Part shown: positions 28,003 through 37,255 of the stretch, piece by piece
How positions within the stretch are numbered: position 1 is the first letter of the stretch
How the letters are laid out: each line of letters opens with the position of its first letter
NCBI GenBank assembly: GCA_031418775.1
Contig: JANOJN010000219.1
Location: forward strand, 4,091 to 68,090
Reading direction: 5' to 3'
Origin: Acidimicrobiia bacterium
GTDB lineage: Bacteria > Actinomycetota > Acidimicrobiia > Acidimicrobiales > JANYDT01
Length of the DNA stretch: 64,000 bases
The notes under the pieces: model-generated
Seen by the model: only the letters and a program-made list of their open reading frames with translations
What the model was told of the DNA's origin: nothing
The model's database searches: none
Translations under genes and position numbers: made by a program

Positions 28003-28698
28003 ATGCTTCTGGCCGAGTGCGAGATCAGACACTCGCGGCCGGTCGCCCCGACGCGACGCGTCGCGCTCGGCCTGCAGGTGCTCCCGACCGAACCCCAGCC
28101 CGGGTGGGGTCCCGTCCTCCTCGGCGGCATGGTGGCGGCCAACATCGTCGAGCTCGAACCCGACGAACTCCCCGACGTCTGGGACTTCGTCGACGATCTC
28201 GAAGCGGGCCGCCGCATCTCCCAACCCCGCCTCCGGCACCGGTTTCAGCGCGACATTGTCGGTCTCGACCGCTCCGTCCACTCGCTGATCGGCGAGGGGG
28301 AACACGTCTGGTTCGATCTGGAGGAACGGGCTCTTCCGGCCGTCACCGTTCTCGGTGCTCTCTATGCCGCTGCATCACTCCCGCTGGAGACCCACCCCTA
28401 CGTCTTCCGGGTCATGCGCAAAGCGATGATGTGGGAGCACAAGCTCGACGCCGACTTCGTCGCCCACCTTCTCGGCGACGACGCCGCGTTCTCGCGGTGG
28501 CGCTCGCTCCCGACCGACCACCGGTGGGCGCTGAAGCTGCTCGGATTCGGGCCCAACGACTCACCGACCCGCGACCTCATCCAGTCGGCGTTTCGCGACG
28601 CCATCTCGAAGGCGCACCCCGATCGCGGGGGGGACCGCGACGACGCCGGTCAACGGATCGTGGAGCTGACGCAGGCACGCCGGCTCCTCCTCGCCTGA
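28003..28698 (+). CDS. Hypothetical protein with C-terminal J-domain
   Basis: C-terminus LIQSAFRDAISKAHPDRGGDRDDAGQRIVELTQARRLL contains the HPD tripeptide in J-domain helix II/III context. The N-terminal roughly 170 aa is unrecognised. Confidence 0.6.
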   Translation: MLLAECEIRHSRPVAPTRRVALGLQVLPTEPQPGWGPVLLGGMVAANIVELEPDELPDVWDFVDDLEAGRRISQPRLRHRFQRDIVGLDRSVHSLIGEGEHVWFDLEERALPAVTVLGALYAAASLPLETHPYVFRVMRKAMMWEHKLDADFVAHLLGDDAAFSRWRSLPTDHRWALKLLGFGPNDSPTRDLIQSAFRDAISKAHPDRGGDRDDAGQRIVELTQARRLLLA

Positions 28699-28769
28699 GC
28701 AGCCCGTTCCTCTGGGGGCGACGCCTCCTCGACAAAACACCTGTTCTCCAACGTGCGTATCATTCGCCC

Positions 28770-29441
28770 ATGCCCACGTCCAAGGCCGCGAGGAAAAGCG
28801 CCACAGGAAACGCGACAAAGGACGCGACAAAGAACGGCACGAAGGGCCCGACCGACGGCCGGGCCGCGGGCCTCGTCCTGTTCCCGAGCGCCGGGACGGA
28901 CGCCTCGTTCAGCGCCATGGTCGCCATCGAGGAGCGAGTCAGTCAAGGTGAACGCGCGATTCCCGTTCGACGTGTCGATTTCCCCTACCGCCTCGCCGGA
29001 CGACGGATCCCCGACCGAACACCGGTGATGGTGAACGCCGTTGTGGAGGCGACCACCGCGATGGCGAAATCGCTGAAGGTCGGCACCGAGCGGATTCTCG
29101 TCGGCGGCCGGTCGATGGGCGGGCGTATGGCGTCCTATGCCGTCGCCGAGGGCCTCGCCGTAGCCGGGCTCGTCCTCGTCGCCTACCCGCTCCACCCACC
29201 CGGTCACTTCAACGAGAACCGTGACGATCATTTCCCTTCGATCAGCGTTCCGACCCTCTTCGTCTCGGGGGCGCACGACGCGTTCGCCTCGATGGAGGAA
29301 CTCGCGGAGTCGGCGAAGAAGATCCGCGGCCGGGTTTCGCTGAAGTTCTTGGAGGGCAACCGACGGACCGGCGGCCATGCGCTCTACGGCCAGGACGAGC
29401 AGGTCGCTGCGCTCGTCGCCGCGTGGGTCCGTCGCCGCTGA
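28770..29441 (+). CDS. Alpha/beta hydrolase (KANL3/Tex30-like, COG3571-type)
   Basis: LVLFPSAG...VGGRSMGGRMAS...LFVSGAHDAF. The true ATG is at 28770, within the longer track ORF. Confidence 0.7.
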   Translation: MPTSKAARKSATGNATKDATKNGTKGPTDGRAAGLVLFPSAGTDASFSAMVAIEERVSQGERAIPVRRVDFPYRLAGRRIPDRTPVMVNAVVEATTAMAKSLKVGTERILVGGRSMGGRMASYAVAEGLAVAGLVLVAYPLHPPGHFNENRDDHFPSISVPTLFVSGAHDAFASMEELAESAKKIRGRVSLKFLEGNRRTGGHALYGQDEQVAALVAAWVRRR

Positions 29442-29449
29442 CGGACGGG

Positions 29450-30880
29450 TCAGCTTCTCGCTTGGGTTTCGGTTCGCGTCGGGTTCGCCCCCGTCTGGGG
29501 AGCCGCCTCTGCCGCATCGAGCGGGTTCAGCTCCTCCAACTCCCGTCGTGAAGTCTCCGGAGTGGTCAGCCACAGCAGGATCACCGCGAGCACCAAGGAG
29601 AACGAGAACACGCTCACCACCGCTCCCTCGTTGCCGCCGGCGATGTGGTCGGCGAGGTAGGCCGCGGTGAGAAGGCCGACGAAGCCGAACAACCGGGAGG
29701 CGAAGGTGGTGAATCCGTTTGCGGTCGAGCGGATGGCGGTCGGGACGAGCTCGGCGGTCAGGATTGCCAGTGCCGGCAGCGCAGCGGCACCGAACAGCGC
29801 GCCGAAGATCGACCACGCCCAGATCGCCGAACCGTGGGATCGGTACACCCCGAAGTCGGCGATACCGATGCACAGGAGGCCCACCGAGATGACGATGCGG
29901 CGGCTGCGCCGATCACCGACCAGCGACCCGAACACGACGCCGAACACGCCGGGTGCGTTCGTCAGGACCCCGAACAGGCTCAGCTCGTTGCCGGTGAAGC
30001 CGCGCTGGTTCCGGAGGTAGTCGTTGCGGAGCTGCCTGGAGGGGTTGCTCTGGAAGGCGATGAGCCCGACCAGAAGCGCCACCGTGAGCAACCGCCGGCG
30101 GTGCTTGGCAAACGCCGCCATGGTGGGAAGACGGAGTTCCGAATCGGCGAGTTCGGCATCGGCGTGGCGGCGGAAACGACCGGTCTCGCTCAAGTGCCCG
30201 CGGATGTAAACGAGCGCCGGAAGGGAGAGCAGCGGGAGGAGGAACGGGAGCCTCCATGCGCCAGCCGAGCGATCGGCGACGGCGCTCCCACTCTGGACGA
30301 CGCCGGAACCGATCGCCGCGCACGCGACCATGCACCCGCCGGCCCAGGCGCGCGAACGCGCCGGCATCTCCTCGACGACCATCACGGTGATCAGAATGGC
30401 CACGGCGGTGACAAAGGATCGCGAAATGACTTGCAGCACGGTGAACATCGCAAGGGACGTGCTGAGGGCGCCGACGGCGGTGAGCACCGGGCCGGCAGTG
30501 GCGCACAGGAGAAGCATCTTTCGGCGCCCGATGCGATCGGCGGCGCGTACGAGTACGAGGGTGAAGAAGATGTCGAGTCGAATGAGCGCGAGTGCGGTGT
30601 TCTGCTGGGGATCGGTAGCTCCGAACTGATCGGCCACGTAGGTCATGACGACCGTCGGGAGCGAGCCCTGGTAGCCGGCGGTAGCGGCGATGACCCCGAG
30701 GCAGAGGAGCAGCGTTCGACCCGCCCCACCGATTGGTTCGGGCGGGCGGAGTGCGGCGATGGTCCGGGCTCGCCGCGTCGCCCGCTGTTGCTGTGCCCGG
30801 GGTGCGTCGGCGATGGTGTCGCTCAGGAACGAATCGGGCACCCCGGTAGTGTTGTCGAGCCGTGCGACGCCGTGACCCAT
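29450..30880 (-). CDS. MFS transporter
   Basis: 476 aa with about 12-14 TM helices. ADRIGRRKMLL and GDRRSRR loop motifs. Confidence 0.8.
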   Translation of the reverse strand: MGHGVARLDNTTGVPDSFLSDTIADAPRAQQQRATRRARTIAALRPPEPIGGAGRTLLLCLGVIAATAGYQGSLPTVVMTYVADQFGATDPQQNTALALIRLDIFFTLVLVRAADRIGRRKMLLLCATAGPVLTAVGALSTSLAMFTVLQVISRSFVTAVAILITVMVVEEMPARSRAWAGGCMVACAAIGSGVVQSGSAVADRSAGAWRLPFLLPLLSLPALVYIRGHLSETGRFRRHADAELADSELRLPTMAAFAKHRRRLLTVALLVGLIAFQSNPSRQLRNDYLRNQRGFTGNELSLFGVLTNAPGVFGVVFGSLVGDRRSRRIVISVGLLCIGIADFGVYRSHGSAIWAWSIFGALFGAAALPALAILTAELVPTAIRSTANGFTTFASRLFGFVGLLTAAYLADHIAGGNEGAVVSVFSFSLVLAVILLWLTTPETSRRELEELNPLDAAEAAPQTGANPTRTETQARS

Positions 30881-31806
30881 CCCAGCTCTTCGAACCGGCG
30901 TGCGCAGGGGACCGGACCGCGCTCGCCCGACTGCTCTCCGTCGTCGAGCAGGGAGGCCCGCCCAGCCAGCAGGCCTCCCGGCTTGTCTGGCCCCGCGGAG
31001 GCCGGGCCTACACCGTGGGCATCACGGGGGCGCCGGGGGCTGGGAAGAGCACACTCACCGACCGCCTGATCACGGTCGTCCGGGAGGGTGGCGATGAGGT
31101 TGCCGTGCTGGCGATCGATCCCTCGTCGCCCTACTCAGGGGGCGCGATTCTGGGAGACCGGGTCCGTATGGGTGATCACTACCTCGACCCCGGTGTGTTC
31201 ATCCGTTCGATGGCGACGCGAGGTCATCTTGGCGGGCTCGCCGTGGCCGCTCCGGCCGCCGTCCGGGTGCTCGATGCTGCCGGGTTCCCGTGGATCCTGT
31301 TGGAGACGGTCGGTGTCGGCCAGGTCGAGGTCGACATCGCCGGGGCCGCCGATACGACGGTCGTGGTCGTGAACCCGGGTTGGGGTGACGCCGTGCAGGC
31401 GAACAAGGCGGGTCTCATGGAGATCGCGGATGTCTTCGTGATCAACAAGGCCGACCGTGCCGGTGCCGCGGAGACGGAGCGAGATCTGCTCGGGATGCTG
31501 GAGCTGAGCGGATTCGGCCACGACGCGTGGTACCCGCCGATCGTGCGGACCGTCGCCGCGAACGGCGACGGTGTGGCCGATCTCTGGGCGGCGATCGCTG
31601 CTCATCGCGCCCACGTCGAGGCCGACGGCTCGCTCGCCCAGCGGCGCATCGAGCGCCTCCACACGGAGGTGCGACGACTCGTGCAGGTCGAGTTGGAGCG
31701 CCGAGCCCTCGGCGCCCTCGACGGCCCCGATGGCGCGGCCGTCCTCGCCGAAGTCGAAGCCCGCACCCTCGACCCCGAATCCGCCGCAACCCGCCTCGCC
31801 GGCTGA
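30862..31806 (+). CDS. meaB: Methylmalonyl-CoA mutase-associated G3E GTPase MeaB
   Basis: Walker A ITGAPGAGKSTL, ETVGVGQ, and NKAD. 314 aa. Confidence 0.92.
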   Translation: MRRRDPSQLFEPACAGDRTALARLLSVVEQGGPPSQQASRLVWPRGGRAYTVGITGAPGAGKSTLTDRLITVVREGGDEVAVLAIDPSSPYSGGAILGDRVRMGDHYLDPGVFIRSMATRGHLGGLAVAAPAAVRVLDAAGFPWILLETVGVGQVEVDIAGAADTTVVVVNPGWGDAVQANKAGLMEIADVFVINKADRAGAAETERDLLGMLELSGFGHDAWYPPIVRTVAANGDGVADLWAAIAAHRAHVEADGSLAQRRIERLHTEVRRLVQVELERRALGALDGPDGAAVLAEVEARTLDPESAATRLAG

Positions 31807-31816
31807 CGTGGACACT

Positions 31817-31877
31817 GGGAGAGAGGTTGCCCCCATATATGGGGGCTAAACACCTCCGAACCTCGTTAGGAGGTGTT
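31817..31877. repeat. Two-hairpin intergenic element, copy 1
   Basis: The element reads GGAGAGAGGTT, then HP1 (GCCCCCATATATGGGGGC, 31829-31846), then HP2 (AACACCTCCGAAC-CTC-GTTAGGAGGTGTT, 31849-31877). HP2 has a 13-bp stem with one G-A mismatch. A near-identical element lies at 52984-53045. Confidence 0.85.
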
Positions 31878-31923
31878 CAGCCGCATTTCCGCTCCCGGCG
31901 TTGCGCCGGTAACGTCCGACGCC

Positions 31924-32721
31924 ATGACTGACGCCGCGACTCCGCTAGTCCGCCTCGAGCACCACACCGGCCCCTCCGGAGAGCGGGTCGCGGTCATCCG
32001 CCTCGACCGTCCCAAGGTCAACGCCATCTCGCCGGAGCTCACGGCTGACCTCGCCGCCTGCGTCGGCGAGCTCAGGGCCGATCTGCCCGGCGCCGTGATC
32101 GTCTACGGCGGCCCGAAGATCTTCGCCGCCGGGGCCGACATCGGACGCTTCGGCGGTCCCGACGAGTCGGGCGTCATCGTCGAACAACTCCATGCTGCCT
32201 ACGATGCGCTCGCCGCACTTCCGCGGATGGTAGTTGGCGCGGTCGCCGGTTACGCCTTGGGCGGTGGTTGCGAACTGGCCCTCGCGTGCGACGTTCGGAT
32301 CGCCGCGGAGTCGGCCGTCTTCGGTCAGCCGGAGATTCTCCTCGGCATCATCCCCGGCGGTGGTGGTACGCAGCGCCTCGCCCGTCTGATCGGCCCGTCA
32401 CGGGCGAAAGAGCTCTGCCTCTCCGGTCGCCAGGTGAAGGCTGACGAAGCGTTGCGAATCGGCCTGGCCGACCGGGTCGTCCCCACCGAGTCGCTCTTGG
32501 ACGAGGCGCTGGCGTGGGGCTTCGAATTCGCTCGCGGCCCCCAGACCGTGCAGGGGTACTGCAAGGAGGCGATCGACGAGGGACTGAATGGAACACTGGC
32601 TGAAGGTCTGCGTCTCGAGCGCCGGTTGTTCGTCCAGTCCTTCCGCACCGAGGACGCACCGATCGGCATCAAGAGCTTCCTGGAGCAGGGTCCGGGCAAG
32701 GCCGCGTTCACTGGGCGCTGA
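31924..32721 (+). CDS. Enoyl-CoA hydratase/isomerase (crotonase family)
   Basis: RPKVNAI...FAAGADI...GYALGGGCELALACD. ATG 31924 is preferred over the track GTG at 31873, which lies inside the HP2 stem. Confidence 0.88.
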   Translation: MTDAATPLVRLEHHTGPSGERVAVIRLDRPKVNAISPELTADLAACVGELRADLPGAVIVYGGPKIFAAGADIGRFGGPDESGVIVEQLHAAYDALAALPRMVVGAVAGYALGGGCELALACDVRIAAESAVFGQPEILLGIIPGGGGTQRLARLIGPSRAKELCLSGRQVKADEALRIGLADRVVPTESLLDEALAWGFEFARGPQTVQGYCKEAIDEGLNGTLAEGLRLERRLFVQSFRTEDAPIGIKSFLEQGPGKAAFTGR

Positions 32722-32810
32722 GGCGTTCGCCGGCACCGCCGGCTGCGACGCCTAACCTCGGGCGTCGGAACCACCCGCCGGTCCCTGCCGGATTCCGACC
32801 GAGGAGCCCC

Positions 32811-35321
32811 ATGAGCGCCCCAGCCGCCGTCACCACCGCCGATGTACGAATTGACGATCCGACCGATCCGATCCCGTCGTTCGTCGCGTCTCCTGAAGCC
32901 TTCCGCGACGCGTTCCTCCGCCGGGTCGAGGTCACGATCGCGAAACACATCGACGATTGCAGCCGCCACGATCTTCAGGTCGCCCTCGCCTACGCGGTGC
33001 GCGATGCCCAGGTCGACCGCTGGATCGCCACCACCCGCCGGATCCAGGCACGGAACCCGAAGCGGATCTACTACATCTCCCTCGAGTTCCTCATGGGCCG
33101 CGCGCTCGGGAACGCGCTGATCAATCTCGGGATCAACGATTCGGCCGAGATCGCCCTGCGAAGCCTCGGGCTCGACCTCGAAGAACTACTCGATGAGGAA
33201 CTCGACGCCGGTCTCGGCAACGGCGGTCTCGGCCGACTTGCTGCCTGCTTCCTCGATTCGATGGCGACCCTCGACTATCCAGGCTTCGGCTGCGGTATCC
33301 GCTACGACTACGGCATCTTCAAACAGCGGATCGTCGAGGGTGCCCAGGTGGAGGAGCCGGACCCATGGTTGCGATCCGGCAATCCGTGGGAGATCCTGCG
33401 CAACGATCGCCAGCAGACGGTCCGTTTCTTCGGGAGGGTCCAGACGTATCGAGACAACCGTGATCCGTCCGGGAAGATCTGGTACTCGTGGACGGACACC
33501 GAGGACGTGCTGGCGATGCCCTACGACACCCCGGTTCCCGGCTACGGCACCACCACGGTCAACACGCTGCGTCTGTGGTCCGCACGTGCTCTCCACGATT
33601 TCAACCTCGGCTCGTTCAACCGCGGTGACTACATCAACGCCAACCTGACGTCCGCGCTGACGGAGAACATCACCAAGGTGCTGTATCCGAACGACAACAA
33701 CTATGAAGGGAAGGAACTGCGGCTCAAGCAGCAGTACTTCGTGTGTGCGGCCACCATCGCCGACCTCCTCGTCGATTTCAAAGCGGCCGGCAACGACATC
33801 CGCGAACTGGCCGACAAGGTGGCGATCCAGCTCAACGACACCCATCCAGCCATTGCCATTCCGGAGCTTCTGCGCATCCTCGTCGATACCGAAGGGCTCG
33901 GGTGGGACGAGGCGTGGGGCATCGTCACGCGCACCTTCGCCTACACGAACCACACCCTGCTCGCCGAAGCGCTGGAGAAGTGGCCGGTCGCGCTCTTCGA
34001 GAAGCTGCTGCCTCGTCACCTGCAGCTCATCTTCGAGATCAACCACCACTTCCTCCGGCAGGTCGCGAACCGCTGGCCGGGCGACGAGGCCAAGCTGCGC
34101 AATATGTCGCTCATCGAGGAAGGCTCGGAGCGCAAGGTTCGCATGGCGTATCTCGCCATCGTCGGTTCGTTTTCGGTCAACGGCGTCGCGGCGCTGCACA
34201 CCGAACTTCTCAAGAGCGGTCTCGTCAACGATTTCTTCCAGCTCTCGCCGGCGAAGTTCAACAACAAGACGAACGGGATCACCCCGCGGCGTTGGCTCCG
34301 GGCCTGCAACCCCGGACTATCGGCATTGATCGATTCGAAGATCGGTCCGTCATGGACGACGGACCTCGACCGTCTCCGCGGCCTCGAGGCCTTCGTCGGC
34401 GATGCCGCGTTCAGTGCGGACTGGCGGGCGGTGAAGGCAGCAAACAAGGACGAGCTCCGTCGCTACGTCGAGTCGACGACCGGTGAGCGGGTCGATCCGT
34501 CGTCGATCTTCGATGTGCAGATCAAGCGACTCCACGAGTACAAGCGCCAGCTTCTCAACCTGCTGCACTGCGTTGCGCTCTACCAGGAGCTGAAAGAACA
34601 GCCGTCGTCCGATCGCGTCCCGCGCACGGTCCTCTTCGGTGCCAAGGCGGCGCCAGGCTACGCGGTGGCCAAGCTGATCATCCGCTTCGCCAACGCCGTG
34701 GGCCGAGCGGTGAACCAAGACCCTCAGGTCAACGACCAGCTGAAGGTGCTGTTCCTTCCGAACTACAACGTGTCGCTCGCGGAACTGCTCATCCCGGCGG
34801 CCGATCTCTCCCAGCAGATCTCCACTGCCGGCAAGGAGGCGTCGGGGACCGGCAACATGAAGTTCGCCCTCAACGGCGCCCTCACCATCGGTACGCTCGA
34901 CGGTGCCAACGTGGAGATCCGCGACTGTGTCGGCGACGACAACATCTACATCTTCGGCAACACCGTCGAGGACATCGCTGCCCTCCGGGCCCGGGGCTAT
35001 GACCCCAACGTCTACCTCGGGGCCGGGTCACCCCTCGGCCGCGCGCTCGATCTCGTGCGCTCGGGGTTCTTCTCACCCGAAGACCACGGAGCGTTTGCCC
35101 CGTTGGTGGAGCTCATCGTCGACCATGGCGACGAGTACTTCCTCGCTGCCGACTTCGACTCCTACGCCGCCGCGCAGCGTCATGTCGAGGCCGACTACCG
35201 GGACCCGGCCCTCTGGACGACCAAGACGATCCGCAATGTCGCCAACATGGGGATGTTTTCTTCGGACCGCACGATCCGGGCGTACGCCACGGAGATCTGG
35301 GGCGTCGAACCCCTTCGGTGA
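32811..35321 (+). CDS. glgP: Glycogen/maltodextrin phosphorylase (GT35)
   Basis: 836 aa. PLP-lysine region EASGTGNMKFALNGALTIGTLDGANVEI. Confidence 0.95.
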   Translation: MSAPAAVTTADVRIDDPTDPIPSFVASPEAFRDAFLRRVEVTIAKHIDDCSRHDLQVALAYAVRDAQVDRWIATTRRIQARNPKRIYYISLEFLMGRALGNALINLGINDSAEIALRSLGLDLEELLDEELDAGLGNGGLGRLAACFLDSMATLDYPGFGCGIRYDYGIFKQRIVEGAQVEEPDPWLRSGNPWEILRNDRQQTVRFFGRVQTYRDNRDPSGKIWYSWTDTEDVLAMPYDTPVPGYGTTTVNTLRLWSARALHDFNLGSFNRGDYINANLTSALTENITKVLYPNDNNYEGKELRLKQQYFVCAATIADLLVDFKAAGNDIRELADKVAIQLNDTHPAIAIPELLRILVDTEGLGWDEAWGIVTRTFAYTNHTLLAEALEKWPVALFEKLLPRHLQLIFEINHHFLRQVANRWPGDEAKLRNMSLIEEGSERKVRMAYLAIVGSFSVNGVAALHTELLKSGLVNDFFQLSPAKFNNKTNGITPRRWLRACNPGLSALIDSKIGPSWTTDLDRLRGLEAFVGDAAFSADWRAVKAANKDELRRYVESTTGERVDPSSIFDVQIKRLHEYKRQLLNLLHCVALYQELKEQPSSDRVPRTVLFGAKAAPGYAVAKLIIRFANAVGRAVNQDPQVNDQLKVLFLPNYNVSLAELLIPAADLSQQISTAGKEASGTGNMKFALNGALTIGTLDGANVEIRDCVGDDNIYIFGNTVEDIAALRARGYDPNVYLGAGSPLGRALDLVRSGFFSPEDHGAFAPLVELIVDHGDEYFLAADFDSYAAAQRHVEADYRDPALWTTKTIRNVANMGMFSSDRTIRAYATEIWGVEPLR

Positions 35322-35363
35322 TCCGCTGGCCGGGCCCGTCGCCGGAACTCCCACCCCAGTAGG

Positions 35364-37250
35364 GTGCACCTCGTGCTTGAGAACGCGGACCCCCGCTGGG
35401 GCGAAATCGATCGGTACCTCTTCAACGAGGGCCGGCACCTTCGCCTGTGGGAGCACCTGGGCAGCCATGTCGGGGTGCACGACGGGACTCCTGGCGTCTG
35501 GTTCGCGGTGTGGGCGCCCGATGCCCAGTCGGTGTCCGTCGTTGGTGACTTCAACGCCTTCGACGCCACGAGCCACTACATGCTGGCGGTCGGGTCGACC
35601 GGCGTCTGGTCCGCGTTTGTCGCCGGGGCCACGGTGGGCCAGTGCTACAAATACGCCGTGCGCGGTGCCGACGGTCGTACCGTCCACAAGGCCGATCCCC
35701 TGGCGAGGGCGACGGAGGTTCCTCCCCGAACGGCCAGTGTCATCGAATCCTCCGCCTACGAGTGGAACGACGCCCCATGGATTGCCCGGCGCGGTTCGGC
35801 GAACCCATGGCGTTCCCAGATGTCGATCTACGAGGTCCATCTCGGTTCGTGGCGGGGAACGCGCCCCTATGCCGAGCTCGCCGAGGAGCTCGCCGCCCAT
35901 GTGAAGGACCTCGGGTTCACCCACGTCGAGCTCATGCCCGTTGCCGAGCACCCTTTCGGTGGCTCCTGGGGCTACCAGGTGACCGGGTACTTCGCACCGA
36001 CATCCCGGTTCGGTTCGCCCGACGAGTTCCGCCACTTCGTCGACATCCTCCACGGCCACGGCATCGGCGTGATCGTCGACTGGGTGCCCGCCCACTTCCC
36101 GAAGGACGAGTGGGCGCTGGGCCGCTTCGACGGTACGGCGCTCTACGAGCACGCCGACCCGCGTCAGGGCGAGCATCCCGACTGGGGCACGTACGTGTTC
36201 AACTTCGGACGCACCGAAGTCCGGAACTTCCTCATCGCGAACGCGCTCTACTGGCTCGAGGAACTGCACGTCGACGGCCTACGCATCGATGCCGTCGCTT
36301 CCATGCTCTACCTCGACTACTCCCGTCGGGACGGTGAGTGGATCCCCAATCCCCACGGCGGGCGGGAGAACCTCGAGGCCGTCGAGTTCCTCCGCGAGCT
36401 CAACACCGTCGTCCACGCACACGTGCCGGGCGTGCTCGTCATCGCCGAGGAGTCGACGGCGTGGCCATCGGTGTCGCGGCCGGTCGATGCGGGCGGTCTC
36501 GGGTTCGGCTTCAAGTGGAACATGGGGTGGATGCACGACACCCTCGAGTACTTCTCGAAGGATCCCATTCACCGTCAACACCACCACCACGGCCTCACGT
36601 TCGGCCTCCTCTACGCCTTCACCGAGAACTTCGTCCTTCCGCTGAGCCACGACGAAGTGGTCCACGGCAAGGGCTCACTGCTCACGAAGATGCCCGGCGA
36701 CGATTGGCAAAAGCGGGCCAATCTGCGTTCGCTCTACGCGTGGATGTGGGCCCACCCGGGCAAGCAACTGCTGTTCATGGGGGCGGAGATCGGCCAGTGG
36801 AACGAGTGGAACGTCGACGCCACGATCGATTGGTGGCTCCTCGGCGATCAGGCCCACGCGGGGATTCGCGACCTCGTCCGCTCGCTCAACCAGATCCAGG
36901 CGTCGTACCCAGCGCTCTACGAGCACGACTTCGCGCCGGAAGGCTTCGGGTGGATCGTCAGCGAGGACGCCTCGGCGAACGTGTACGCGTTCGTCCGCTG
37001 GCCGGGCGAGTCGGGCACGCATGGTGCGGGTCCTGTTGTTTGCATCGCCAACCTGGCCCCCATTGTCCGGGTGGATTACGGGGTCACGCTGCCTCGCGGT
37101 GGCGAGTGGCGCGAGCTCTGCAACACGGATGCGTCGGAGTTCGGCGGCAGTGGCGTCGGCAATGCGGGAGCCGTGTGGGCCGACACCCTGGGCCGCGCCA
37201 CGTTGACGCTGCCTCCTCTGAGCGTGCTCATCCTCGGCCAGAACGGCTGA
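35364..37250 (+). CDS. glgB: 1,4-alpha-glucan branching enzyme (short-N-terminus form)
   Basis: GH13 motifs VIVDWVPAHF, DGLRIDAVASMLY, IAEESTAWP, and LSHDEVVHGK. GTG start at 35364. Confidence 0.93.
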   Translation: MHLVLENADPRWGEIDRYLFNEGRHLRLWEHLGSHVGVHDGTPGVWFAVWAPDAQSVSVVGDFNAFDATSHYMLAVGSTGVWSAFVAGATVGQCYKYAVRGADGRTVHKADPLARATEVPPRTASVIESSAYEWNDAPWIARRGSANPWRSQMSIYEVHLGSWRGTRPYAELAEELAAHVKDLGFTHVELMPVAEHPFGGSWGYQVTGYFAPTSRFGSPDEFRHFVDILHGHGIGVIVDWVPAHFPKDEWALGRFDGTALYEHADPRQGEHPDWGTYVFNFGRTEVRNFLIANALYWLEELHVDGLRIDAVASMLYLDYSRRDGEWIPNPHGGRENLEAVEFLRELNTVVHAHVPGVLVIAEESTAWPSVSRPVDAGGLGFGFKWNMGWMHDTLEYFSKDPIHRQHHHHGLTFGLLYAFTENFVLPLSHDEVVHGKGSLLTKMPGDDWQKRANLRSLYAWMWAHPGKQLLFMGAEIGQWNEWNVDATIDWWLLGDQAHAGIRDLVRSLNQIQASYPALYEHDFAPEGFGWIVSEDASANVYAFVRWPGESGTHGAGPVVCIANLAPIVRVDYGVTLPRGGEWRELCNTDASEFGGSGVGNAGAVWADTLGRATLTLPPLSVLILGQNG

Positions 37251-37255
37251 GGCAA

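Noticed and set aside
30862-30880. 19-nt antisense overlap of the MFS and meaB 5' ends as a regulatory feature
   Set aside because: This is most likely a start-codon assignment issue. Alternative GTG starts exist a few codons inside both genes. There is no independent evidence for functional overlap.
31873-31923. GTG 31873 as the start of the enoyl-CoA hydratase (ORF-track start)
   Set aside because: This GTG is part of the 3' arm (GGAGGTGTT) of the HP2 hairpin and has no spacing from the SD-like sequence. ATG 31924 (MTDAATPLVRLEH..) gives a normal crotonase N-terminus.
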